The notes beneath the pieces were generated by a model. It was given only the letters and a program-made list of their open reading frames with translations, was not told the DNA's origin and did not search any database. The translations under genes were made by a program, and so were the position numbers. From the IMG/VR virus record IMGVR_UViG_3300016265_000156, positions 1 through 26,478 of that record: 26,478 nucleotides of DNA; one strand, 5' to 3'. Positions 1 through 8,485 of the stretch are shown here, one piece after another (positions within the stretch are counted from its first letter, which is position 1; each line of letters begins with the position of its first letter). This DNA comes from a virus (lineage: Duplodnaviria; Caudoviricetes).

Positions 1-1
1 A

Positions 2-880
2 GACTCGGTAAACCTGCAGAACCTGCCATCGCGCACGGCTAACGCAGGCAAGATCAAGAAAGCGATCAAGGCTCCGCCGGGGTACGTGGTCATCGACTCG
101 GACTCTTCACAGATCGAAGCGCGGACGCTGGCGTGGCTGGCTGGGCAGGACGACTTAGTAAAGGCATTTGAGAATGGCGAGGATGTTTATAAGATCATGG
201 CGTCGGCAATATACGGTAAGCCGGTCGCTGCTATCACAACGGATGAGAGGTTCGTTGGTAAAACTACGATCTTGGGGTCGGGGTATGGCATGGGTGCTGC
301 GAAGTTCCAAGCACAACTTAAAGCCTTCGGAGTTTATCTTGAGCTTAAAGAATGCCAGCGCATCATCCATGTGTACCGTGAAACCTACCCAAAGATCGCA
401 GCGTTTTGGAAAGCGGCAGGTAAAGCTCTGGAGCATATCCGCGACAATCAAACAAGTACACTGGGGCGCGACGGAGTGCTGAAGGTAGAAGGCACTAAAG
501 GCATCAAGCTACCGAACGGTATGTACATCAAGTATCCAAACATCAGGATGATACAAAAGGATGACGGCTCCACAGAAATGGTGTACGATACAAAGAGGGG
601 TAAAGCCACTGTACCGAATAGGATATATGGCGGCAAGGTAACAGAGAATGTTTGCCAAGCCCTAGCGCGTATTGTCATCGGGAAACAGATGCTGATGATC
701 GCTAAGAAATACAAGGTAGTCATGACGGTACACGATGCTATTGCATGCGTAGTGCCCTACGATGAAGTTGACGCAGGGAAAGAGTTCGTCGAGCTTTGCA
801 TGAGGCTGCGCCCCGAGTGGGCACCGGACTTGCCCCTTAACTGTGAGGCTGGATACGGAAGGAGCTACGGAGAATGTTAG
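2..880 (+). CDS. polA: Family A DNA polymerase, C-terminal polymerase domain (5'-truncated by window edge)
   Basis: Frame is open from base 2 (DSVNLQNLPSR...). Motif A DSSQIEAR, motif B RFVGKTTILGSGYG, motif C VHDAI; ENVCQALAR is typical of phage PolA. Confidence 0.95.
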   Translation, partial: DSVNLQNLPSRTANAGKIKKAIKAPPGYVVIDSDSSQIEARTLAWLAGQDDLVKAFENGEDVYKIMASAIYGKPVAAITTDERFVGKTTILGSGYGMGAAKFQAQLKAFGVYLELKECQRIIHVYRETYPKIAAFWKAAGKALEHIRDNQTSTLGRDGVLKVEGTKGIKLPNGMYIKYPNIRMIQKDDGSTEMVYDTKRGKATVPNRIYGGKVTENVCQALARIVIGKQMLMIAKKYKVVMTVHDAIACVVPYDEVDAGKEFVELCMRLRPEWAPDLPLNCEAGYGRSYGEC

Positions 881-1218
881 AGACAATTGCATGGACTGGT
901 GTAGGGATATTTTTTGGGATGGCAATAGGAGGTTTCGCCCTAGGGTTTATGGATGCACGTAAAGAGCATAAAGTTAAACGGGGGGCGTTGTTTGCCGTAA
1001 CGGAGCGAGACGGCAGCCCTCACAACGTCAATCCTGAAATTATGGTGAAGTTGATAAACGCATCCAACGGTAGGCTATTAGAAGTAAGTACCAAAAAAGC
1101 GGTCAACATAAACCATAACCACTTCGAGTGGGAACATGAGATGTACATAGTCCAAGAAGGTCAAAAGCTAAGTGAAGCTGTGTCTATGGTCATGTTGCTG
1201 AAAGGGCTAGAGAAATGA
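874..1218 (+). CDS. Hypothetical protein with N-terminal transmembrane helix
   Basis: 114 aa; hydrophobic IAWTGVGIFFGMAIGGFALGFM; RBS GAAGGAG at 858-864; overlaps polA stop; ATGA overlap with next gene. Confidence 0.75.
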   Translation: MLETIAWTGVGIFFGMAIGGFALGFMDARKEHKVKRGALFAVTERDGSPHNVNPEIMVKLINASNGRLLEVSTKKAVNINHNHFEWEHEMYIVQEGQKLSEAVSMVMLLKGLEK

Positions 1219-1418
1219 TAGTAGACGCTATTGACTTCAAAAAAATCTGGGCGTTCATTAATGCTGTGTGGGCAAGGTCACTCGTAGCTGTGGTGTTGTT
1301 CGTGCTCGGCCTGTGGATAGGCACTGTAAATACTGAGAGCAGCATCGCTGCTGACTGCAAGTTTGCTGGCGCGTTCCGTGTAGACATTCAAGCGTTTGTC
1401 TGTCAGAGGAAGATATGA
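1215..1418 (+). CDS. Small hypothetical membrane protein
   Basis: 67 aa; hydrophobic SLVAVVLFVLGLWIG; two C-terminal Cys; ATGA overlaps on both sides. Confidence 0.7.
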   Translation: MIVDAIDFKKIWAFINAVWARSLVAVVLFVLGLWIGTVNTESSIAADCKFAGAFRVDIQAFVCQRKI

Positions 1419-2086
1419 ACCTAGCGTGGTCGTACAGCAGCCTCAAGACTTTCGATCAGTGCCCGAAGAAGTACTACCATCTGCGAGTACTAAAGGATGT
1501 AAAAGATGCGGACTCTACGGCAACCATATACGGCAAGGAGTTGCACTCAGCTGCTGAAAACTTTATCAAAAGTAATGAAGCCATCCCGCCAAAGTTTAGC
1601 TTTATCGCGCCGACACTGGAAGTTCTCCGTAATATTGATGGAGAGAAGTTCTGTGAAATCAAACTCGGTGTGGCGAAGAGGGATGGTAGGTTCGTCCCGT
1701 GCGACTTCTTTGCTAAAGACGTTTGGTGGCGAGGAATAGCAGACCTGCTGATTGTTAACGAAAAGAAACAACAAGCTTGGCTAGTTGACTATAAGACAAG
1801 TAAGAACGCGAAGTATGCTGACACGAAGCAGCTAGACCTGCTGGCCGGTGCTGTGTTTACACACTTCCCAAAGGTAGTTAATATAAAGTCAGCCCTGCTC
1901 TTTGTAGTGAGTAATGAGATGGTTAAGAAGGAACATGAGTACATCATGAAGTCCTCGTACCTGAACTGCATGGAGCCTGAGCTAACCAGACTAGAAGGTG
2001 CTATGCAAAACAACGTCTGGAACCCGAACGCTGGGCCGCTATGCAAGTTTTGCCCGGTTACTGAGTGTGCACATAATCGGAGTTAG
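1415..2086 (+). CDS. PD-(D/E)XK Cas4/RecB-like exonuclease
   Basis: SYSSLKTFDQCPKKY N-terminal motif, GxELH, GIADLL, VDYKT catalytic motifs, QLDL; C-terminal CKFCPVTEC gives 4 Cys as in Fe-S binding members. Confidence 0.9.
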   Translation: MNLAWSYSSLKTFDQCPKKYYHLRVLKDVKDADSTATIYGKELHSAAENFIKSNEAIPPKFSFIAPTLEVLRNIDGEKFCEIKLGVAKRDGRFVPCDFFAKDVWWRGIADLLIVNEKKQQAWLVDYKTSKNAKYADTKQLDLLAGAVFTHFPKVVNIKSALLFVVSNEMVKKEHEYIMKSSYLNCMEPELTRLEGAMQNNVWNPNAGPLCKFCPVTECAHNRS

Positions 2087-2088
2087 CT

Positions 2089-2373
2089 ATGCCATACACA
2101 AAGACACCTAGGCCATACAAGAAAGAATATCAACAGCAAAAAGAGCGTGGCGAGCTAGCTGATCGCATGGAACGTCAACGTGCTAGACGTGCGTTAGACA
2201 AGAAGGGTGTAGACCGCAGCGGTAAAGACGTTGCACATACTAAGGCGCTGTCTAACGGCGGCACTAACAAAGACGGCATCAAGCTGGAGTCGCCCGGTCG
2301 CAACCGTTCATTCCGTCGTAACGCAGGGCATGACCTTGTGTCGGAGACTAGCAAGCGCGAACGTAAAAAATAA
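2089..2373 (+). CDS. Small HNH(HNN)-like endonuclease-fold protein
   Basis: KDVAHTKALSNGGTN...NRS resembles the DHxxPLSxGGxN...N beta-beta-alpha motif; basic N-terminus; SD GGAG at 2079. Confidence 0.7.
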   Translation: MPYTKTPRPYKKEYQQQKERGELADRMERQRARRALDKKGVDRSGKDVAHTKALSNGGTNKDGIKLESPGRNRSFRRNAGHDLVSETSKRERKK

Positions 2374-3929
2374 TGCAAATAATAGATAACAAGGTACTCG
2401 TGATAAGAACAAGACGACCACACCTTGTCACGGAGAAAATTAAAAAGAGCAAGATCATCGGCTGGCTACCAGACGGGTTGCACGATGTTGCTGTTTTCTT
2501 CGGACTCAAGGAAGCGCAAGAGCTAGCGCAACTAAAGATAAAGAACGTACCGAGTACGATCAATAGAGACTATGACTGGCCGGGGCTACACAAACCGTTT
2601 GCGCACCAGAAAGAAACATCAGCGTTCTTAACGCTACGCAGGAAAGCCTTCTGCTTTAACGAGCAGGGTACAGGCAAGACGGCGGCGGTCATCTGGGCGG
2701 CTGACTATCTGATGAAGCTAGGGCTAGTACGCAGGGTGCTAATCATCTGCCCCCTGTCCATCATGAAGTCGGCATGGCAAGCTGATCTGTTTAAGTTTGC
2801 TGTGCACCGCACGTGTGACGTAGCCCACGGTAAGAAAGACCAGCGCATCAAAGTCGTGCTAGGCGATGCAGAGTTTGTCATCATCAACTTCGATGGTGTG
2901 GACATTGTCAAAGATCAAATAGCGCACGGTGGCTTTGACCTTATCGTAGCTGACGAGGCTAGTGCATATAAGAACATGCAGACTAACCGTTGGAAGGCGC
3001 TTAAGAGTTTAGTAACACCAGACACATGGCTGTGGATGCTGACAGGCACTCCTGCTGCGCAGTCGCCAGTGGATGCGTATGGTCTTGCCAAGCTAGTAAA
3101 CCCTGACGGTGTACCTAAGTTCTTCGGTCAGTTCCGTGACAAAGTCATGGAGAAGGTAGGGCAGTTCCGCTGGATACCACGGCAGAACGCAGAGCTAACA
3201 GTGCATAACGCACTACAACCAGCCATACGGTTTGAGAAGGCGCAGTGTCTGGACTTACCAGATGTAACGCATGTAGAACGAGAAGCACCACTGACCCCGC
3301 AGCAAGCCAAGTACTACAAGGTGCTGAAAGACCAGATGCTGATGGAAGCAGACGGTGAGGAAGTCACTGCGGTCAACGCAGCGGTTAAGTTAAATAAGTT
3401 GCTACAGATATCAGGCGGCGCGGTTTACTCAGATGACAAAGAGGTCATAGAGTTCGACGTGACTAACCGGCTTAACGTAGTGCAGGAAGTTATAGAAGAG
3501 TCGAGCCACAAAGTCTTGGTGTTCGTGCCCTTCACACATACTATCCAGCTTCTTAAAGAGCATCTCGCAAAGTCGGGAATTACCGCAGAGATAATTAGCG
3601 GTCAGGTAACAGTTAATAAAAGACATGACATTATCCAGAAGTTTCAAAATGAAAAGGAGCCGAAAGTTCTCATCATACAGCCACAAGCTGCATCGCATGG
3701 ACTTACGCTTACTGCTGCCAACACAGTCATCTGGTACGCACCCGTCACTAGTGTGGAGACATACCTTCAGGCTAATGCGCGAATTAATAGACCGGGACAG
3801 AAGAATGCCATGACTATCGTACATGTAAAGGGTAGCGAGGTAGAGCGCCGCATGTACTACATGTTGCAAAACAATATAACCAATCACAACAAGATCATCG
3901 ATTTATATAAACAAGAAATTAGCGGTTGA
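2373..3929 (+). CDS. SNF2-family (SF2) helicase
   Basis: Q motif PFAHQ, Walker A EQGTGKT, motif II DEAS, motif III LTGTP, motif V HGLTLTAAN, motif VI QANARINRPGQ. Confidence 0.93.
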   Translation: MQIIDNKVLVIRTRRPHLVTEKIKKSKIIGWLPDGLHDVAVFFGLKEAQELAQLKIKNVPSTINRDYDWPGLHKPFAHQKETSAFLTLRRKAFCFNEQGTGKTAAVIWAADYLMKLGLVRRVLIICPLSIMKSAWQADLFKFAVHRTCDVAHGKKDQRIKVVLGDAEFVIINFDGVDIVKDQIAHGGFDLIVADEASAYKNMQTNRWKALKSLVTPDTWLWMLTGTPAAQSPVDAYGLAKLVNPDGVPKFFGQFRDKVMEKVGQFRWIPRQNAELTVHNALQPAIRFEKAQCLDLPDVTHVEREAPLTPQQAKYYKVLKDQMLMEADGEEVTAVNAAVKLNKLLQISGGAVYSDDKEVIEFDVTNRLNVVQEVIEESSHKVLVFVPFTHTIQLLKEHLAKSGITAEIISGQVTVNKRHDIIQKFQNEKEPKVLIIQPQAASHGLTLTAANTVIWYAPVTSVETYLQANARINRPGQKNAMTIVHVKGSEVERRMYYMLQNNITNHNKIIDLYKQEISG

Positions 3930-3953
3930 TTTTCTAACGAAGTGTTGTAAGAT
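3926..3953 (+). promoter_or_regulatory. Putative sigma70-type promoter
   Basis: TTGATT (3926-3931), 16-bp spacer, TAAGAT (3948-3953) at the start of a 185-bp intergenic gap. Confidence 0.45.
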
Positions 3954-3956
3954 AAA

Positions 3957-4114
3957 GTTTCGTGCTGATGATCGAGCAACGAACGCCAAGCGGTGTGTGG
4001 CGAGTAACTACCGCAGCAGGGGCCGGGCCAAAGCCAGTATAGGGTTTGTACGTTTACCTATATATGACCTCCTACCCGGTGACCCTGCGTTTTAACCACG
4101 AAGGAGCTAAACCA
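3957..4114 (+). ncRNA. Structured 5' leader / candidate cis-regulatory RNA
   Basis: Three consecutive stems: 3957-3984; GCGGTG/TACCGC at 3990-4014; and a long stem GCAGGG-GCCGGG/CCCGGT-CCCTGC at 4016-4088 with inner GTATAGG/CCTATAT. CCTCCT lies in an internal loop. Confidence 0.55.
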
Positions 4115-4510
4115 ATGAGTGATACGTCAGTGAATCAGCTGGCCTCTATCTACCTCAAGATACGTGATGAGCGGGAAAAAATAAAAACCACGTACGAAGA
4201 GGAAGATAAAAAGCTAGCTGAGCAGATGGCTGTTGTCGAAGCCGAAATGCTAGAGGTGTTCAGGGACACCGAGTCTACTAGCATCAAGACCCCTACTGGT
4301 ACCGTCATGCGCCGTGTAGCTACACGCTACTGGACTAATGACTGGGACACCATGTACAACTTCATCCGAGACAATGATGCGTATGGTTTGCTTGAACGCC
4401 GTATCCATCAAACTAATATGAAACAGTTCTTGGAAGAGAACCCTGATCTATACCCACCCGGCATGCTCGCCGATAGCCAATATAAGATAACCGTAAGGAG
4501 AAGCAAATGA
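4115..4510 (+). CDS. Conserved-looking phage replication-region protein (coiled coil plus small alpha/beta domain), function unknown
   Basis: Strong SD AAGGAG (4101-4106) supports ATG 4115 over the TTG at 4046; 131 aa; N-terminal charged helix; ATGA overlap with next gene. Confidence 0.85.
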   Translation: MSDTSVNQLASIYLKIRDEREKIKTTYEEEDKKLAEQMAVVEAEMLEVFRDTESTSIKTPTGTVMRRVATRYWTNDWDTMYNFIRDNDAYGLLERRIHQTNMKQFLEENPDLYPPGMLADSQYKITVRRSK

Positions 4511-5412
4511 GCAACGAAGTTTCCATATTCAAGAACCGTGACGTAGCTGTCGCCGGAAAGAAAGCACCCAGCGCACTGACCCAGTCGCTGATGAAAGCAA
4601 CGCGCATGAAGCGCATCTCGCCGCGTAACGGTAAGTTTGTGCGTGTAGTCAACGGTGATGTAGCAGGTAAGTTCAACGCCCCGCTGCGTGTAGTGCTGGT
4701 AGGTGTAGCTCAAGCCACGGCACAGCGCACCTTCTATATCAAAGCCTATGACCCCAACGCCGAGGCAACCGCGCCTGACTGCTGGTCGAACGATGGTAAC
4801 AAGCCAGACGCCAGCATCAAGAACCCACAAGGCAAGACCTGCGAGACATGCCCACAGAACGTAAAGGGTTCCGGTCAGGGTAGCACCCGCGCCTGCCGCT
4901 TCGAGCGCCGCGTAGCTGTCGTGCTGCCAGACGAGGTAGGTGGCAACAACCACGGTGATATATACCAGCTGCGCCTAGCGTCGAAGTCTATCTTTGGCAA
5001 AGGTGTAGGCCAGCTGTTCCCGCTGAATGCCTACATCGACTACGTTATTGCTAACGGCGAGAACATCGACGGCGTGGTTACCGAGCTGAACTTTGACGAG
5101 GACGACAATCAGGTTGTGCGCTTCCGCGCTGTGGACTTCGTAGGTAGCCATCCTGACCTGCAAAATGTGGTCGATGAAGCTGTGGCCTCGCCAGAAGCAC
5201 TGAAGGCTGTGACGCTGACCGTTGCCGCTGTCGATAAGGGCGAGGACGACAATGAGGAATTTGAGAATGCGCCGAAGGCTGTTGCGCAGGAAGAAGAGGC
5301 TAGCCCCGATATTTCGGAGCCTACGAAGCGAGCGAGCAAGAAACCGACGCCAGCACCTACGACGGGCAAGAGTCTGGCTGACGTTGTTGATGCGTGGAGC
5401 GCTGACGACTAA
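4507..5412 (+). CDS. Putative ssDNA-binding/annealing protein with Cys4 metal site and acidic tail
   Basis: SD AAGGAG; CWSNDGNKPD...CETCPQN...RACR; acidic/Pro-rich tail ending DAWSADD; located between helicase and primase; followed by a terminator. SSB function is inferred. Confidence 0.65.
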   Translation: MSNEVSIFKNRDVAVAGKKAPSALTQSLMKATRMKRISPRNGKFVRVVNGDVAGKFNAPLRVVLVGVAQATAQRTFYIKAYDPNAEATAPDCWSNDGNKPDASIKNPQGKTCETCPQNVKGSGQGSTRACRFERRVAVVLPDEVGGNNHGDIYQLRLASKSIFGKGVGQLFPLNAYIDYVIANGENIDGVVTELNFDEDDNQVVRFRAVDFVGSHPDLQNVVDEAVASPEALKAVTLTVAAVDKGEDDNEEFENAPKAVAQEEEASPDISEPTKRASKKPTPAPTTGKSLADVVDAWSADD

Positions 5413-5442
5413 ATGACTTCTCGCGCCGCGCCATGCGGCTTC

Positions 5443-5469
5443 GGGAGGGGGCAACCCCTCCCTTTTTTT
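5443..5469 (+). terminator. Rho-independent terminator
   Basis: GGGAGGGG-GCAA-CCCCTCCC (8-bp stem, GNRA loop) followed by T7. Confidence 0.9.
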
Positions 5470-5480
5470 CCGAGTTAAAA

Positions 5481-8312
5481 ATGGCTAACTTCGACTTGTT
5501 AGATACAGTACTTGCCCCCGAGGGGTGGTACGCCGTGGTAGGTATCAAAGGCAAGAAAGTTGACCAGCACCTTGTAGAGACTAGAGAAGAGGTAAACGAT
5601 TTAGTCGAAGAGCTTATATCTCAGAATTATGATGTGTACTTTGGCTGTGCCAAATATGCAACGGGGGAGAACCGCACCAAGGACAACGCTACCTACTTCA
5701 AAGCACTGTGGGTAGACATAGATTGCGGTGAGGAGAAAGCCGCTTCCGGTGATGGCTACATAGACCAAACCACCGGGCTACAAGAGCTGCAACGCTTCTG
5801 CAAAACCATCGGGTTGCCCAGACCCGTCGTCGTAAACTCTGGGCGCGGTATCCATGCCTACTGGCCTTTTTCCGAGGTGGTGGGTAAGGACAAGTGGGTG
5901 CCGATGAGCGACCGGCTTAAAGAGCTGTGCCGCATCCATGAGCTGTTAGTAGACCCTGCATGCTTTGAACCCGCGCGCATCCTGCGGGTGCCGGAGACTT
6001 TGAACTTCAAGGACACGCCGCCCTCTCCGGTTAGCGTGATAGCTGGAGCCAACGCTACTGATCCCGGTGAGCTACACACTACGCTGGGTGTTACAGAAAA
6101 GAAATTTACCCCGCGTCGGCAGGTACAGCGCAGCGCCCTGACTATGTCTTTGATGGGCAACCGCATCTCTAAGTTCAAGACGATTATGCTGAAGTCTGTG
6201 AACGGCGAGGGCTGTAACCAGCTACTACATTGCTATCAGAATCAGGATTCTATTAGTTATAACCTATGGCGTAGCGCTCTATCCATAGCCGCGTTCTGTG
6301 AGGAAGGCACCACAGCTGCCCACAAGATGTCGGAGAACTACCCCGGCTACGACCCGGAAGAAGTAGAAATAAAAGTACAAGACCTGCAGCGCAAAGGCGG
6401 CCCACATTTTTGCGAGACGTTCGAAAAAGAAAACCCCGACGGGTGCGACGGTTGCCAGCACAAAGGCAAGATCACTACACCTATTACGTTAGGTAAAGAG
6501 ATAGCCCGTGCTGAAGAGACTGAGGAAGGCACCTACGAGGTTGAGGATGAAGAAGAGCAGGTTTCTTACAGTATCCCATCGTTCCCGTTCCCCTACTTCC
6601 GTGGCAAGACTGGCGGCATTTACCGGTCAAGCCCCGAGGATGACGAGCCCGTGCTGATCTATGAGCATGATCTGTACGTGGTCAAGCGCATGAAAGACCC
6701 AGAGATAGGGGAGGTTGCGTACATCCGGTTGCACCTGCCACAAGACGGCGTCAAGGAATTCACGATGGCCGCTAGTGCTTTGTTAGGAAAAGACGAGCCT
6801 AAGAAGTTGCTGGGGCAGCACGGTGTCATCGGGCACAAAGGGCAGATGGACAACATTGTAAGTTTTTTGGTCAGCTCCATTAAAGACATACAACTATCAA
6901 AGAAGGCAGAGATCATGAGAACACAATTTGGCTGGGCGGATAACGACAGTAAATTTATCATCGGCGACCGCGAGGTCACGGCAGACAACGTCTACTACAG
7001 CCCCCCATCTACGCACACCGCAAACATCGCGCAACACATGGTGCCCCGAGGGTCGTTAGAAAAATGGAAAGAAGTATTCAACATGTACTGCCGCCCCGGT
7101 CTGGAGGCTAATGCGTTTGCTGCACTTACTGCGTTTGGCTCCCCGCTGCTGAAGTTCATGGGGTTGAGCGGGGCCATCATCAACGTCATCTTCAAGAACT
7201 CTGGTAGCGGTAAGTCCACCACGTTGTACATGTGCAACAGCGTCTGGGGGCACCCACATAAGCTAGCCTCCATCCCTAGCGATACCATGAACGCCCGTAT
7301 GCACAAGCTGGGCGTGATGAACAACCTGCCCTTCACCATGGACGAGATCACGAACATGAAGGCTGAGGACTTCTCTAACATGGCCTACGCTATGTCGCAG
7401 GGGCGGGGCAAGGACAGACAGAAGGCGTCGGCTAACGAGCTGAGGGCGAACAACACCACGTGGGGCAACATATCTTTAACCTCAGGCAATGCTAGCTTCT
7501 ACGAGAAACTTGCCAGCTTGAAGGACAGCCCGGATGGGGAGCGCATGCGCTTGGTCGAGTACGAGATCGGCTACAGCGACGCTGTATCGCTGGGAGAAGG
7601 CAAGCAGATGTTCGACCATCAGCTACTGGAAAACTACGGTCTAGCTGGCGAGGTATACGCACAGTGGCTGGTCGGCAACAAAGAGTCTACCATTGAGCAA
7701 TTGCTGGAAGTACAAGCCAAGATCGACAAAGAGCTGCGCCTGACTCAGCGCGAGCGGTTCTGGTCCGGGGTGGTTGCATGCAACATCATGGGTGGGCTGA
7801 TCGCTAAGTCGCTGGGGCTGCATGACTACGACATGAAGGCTGTGTACCGCTGGGCATGCGAGATGATACGTGACATCCGCAAGGACAATGAAGCGCCTGT
7901 AGACGACGCGGCTGGCATCATCGGTGACTTCATCAACCGCCACATGCGCAACATTCTGGTCGTGGACGGTGAGGCTGATGCTAGGACTAAGATGGCACCT
8001 GCTCCGATCATGGAGCCCTACGGCGAGCTTATCATCCGCTACGAGCCCGACACCAAGCGCATGTACATCGTGAACAAAGCGTTCAAGAACGACTGCGTGG
8101 AGAGACAAGTTAACTACAAGCACACCCTAAGAGAGCTGCATGACAAAGGCATCTACAAGGGCAGCACCACAAGGCGCATGACTACAGGCACCAAGATTAA
8201 AGGCCCGCCTGTGCATGTGATGGAGTTTGACTGCAACACCCCTGAGTTCATTAACGTAGATACTTACGTGGAGAGCGCAAGTGAGGATAGAGGGCGTCAG
8301 CTTCCAAATTAA
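5481..8312 (+). CDS. Primase-helicase: AEP (RepB'-like) primase, Cys-rich helical domain and DUF927/AAA+ helicase
   Basis: WVDID, SGRGIHAYW and RILRVP AEP motifs; Cys cluster HFC...GCDGCQH; QFGW (DUF927-type); Walker A SGSGKST; Walker B TMDE. Start at 5481 is preferred because ATG 5433 lies upstream of the terminator. Confidence 0.88.
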   Translation: MANFDLLDTVLAPEGWYAVVGIKGKKVDQHLVETREEVNDLVEELISQNYDVYFGCAKYATGENRTKDNATYFKALWVDIDCGEEKAASGDGYIDQTTGLQELQRFCKTIGLPRPVVVNSGRGIHAYWPFSEVVGKDKWVPMSDRLKELCRIHELLVDPACFEPARILRVPETLNFKDTPPSPVSVIAGANATDPGELHTTLGVTEKKFTPRRQVQRSALTMSLMGNRISKFKTIMLKSVNGEGCNQLLHCYQNQDSISYNLWRSALSIAAFCEEGTTAAHKMSENYPGYDPEEVEIKVQDLQRKGGPHFCETFEKENPDGCDGCQHKGKITTPITLGKEIARAEETEEGTYEVEDEEEQVSYSIPSFPFPYFRGKTGGIYRSSPEDDEPVLIYEHDLYVVKRMKDPEIGEVAYIRLHLPQDGVKEFTMAASALLGKDEPKKLLGQHGVIGHKGQMDNIVSFLVSSIKDIQLSKKAEIMRTQFGWADNDSKFIIGDREVTADNVYYSPPSTHTANIAQHMVPRGSLEKWKEVFNMYCRPGLEANAFAALTAFGSPLLKFMGLSGAIINVIFKNSGSGKSTTLYMCNSVWGHPHKLASIPSDTMNARMHKLGVMNNLPFTMDEITNMKAEDFSNMAYAMSQGRGKDRQKASANELRANNTTWGNISLTSGNASFYEKLASLKDSPDGERMRLVEYEIGYSDAVSLGEGKQMFDHQLLENYGLAGEVYAQWLVGNKESTIEQLLEVQAKIDKELRLTQRERFWSGVVACNIMGGLIAKSLGLHDYDMKAVYRWACEMIRDIRKDNEAPVDDAAGIIGDFINRHMRNILVVDGEADARTKMAPAPIMEPYGELIIRYEPDTKRMYIVNKAFKNDCVERQVNYKHTLRELHDKGIYKGSTTRRMTTGTKIKGPPVHVMEFDCNTPEFINVDTYVESASEDRGRQLPN

Positions 8313-8475
8313 CTGGAAACAATTCAAGAAGGGGCACTCGTTCTTTTTACCCTGCTTAAATTGTTACACGACAACCGACATGGTGAAGAAAGTTACAAAG
8401 CGCCTGAAATACAACGTGGTAACTAAATGTGTTATCGAAGATGGTATACGGGGTGTACGTGTATGGAGAATATGA
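8281..8475 (+). CDS. Small basic protein, possible nucleic-acid binding
   Basis: 64 aa, GTG start after GGAG; F-K-K-G-H-S-F-F...GVRVWR pattern recalled from small phage proteins. Confidence 0.7.
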   Translation: MRIEGVSFQINWKQFKKGHSFFLPCLNCYTTTDMVKKVTKRLKYNVVTKCVIEDGIRGVRVWRI

Positions 8476-8481
8476 TATAAA
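8473..8481 (+). promoter_or_regulatory. Putative extended -10 promoter for the candidate sRNA
   Basis: TG-A-TATAAA overlaps the stop codon of 8281-8475 and lies 4 nt before the first hairpin; no convincing -35. Confidence 0.45.
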
Positions 8482-8485
8482 GCAC

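Noticed and set aside
1415-2086. Cas4-like gene as a sign of CRISPR-Cas
   Set aside because: No repeat-spacer array or other cas genes seen; solo Cas4-like nucleases are common in phage replication modules.
3965-3984. CTGATGA...GAAC resembling a hammerhead ribozyme core
   Set aside because: GAAC instead of GAAA, stem II does not close properly, and stems I/III around a cleavage triplet were not found.
4016-4090. GGCCGG...CCTCCT resembling an HDV-like ribozyme
   Set aside because: No P3 or P2/P4 nested pseudoknot could be built; kept only as a generic structured leader.
4046-4114. TTG-initiated N-terminal extension of ORF 4046-4510
   Set aside because: Lies inside the RNA stem with no SD; ATG 4115 has a strong SD.
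5433-5480. N-terminal extension of the primase-helicase
   Set aside because: Runs through the terminator and lacks an SD; 5481 is more plausible, though not proven.
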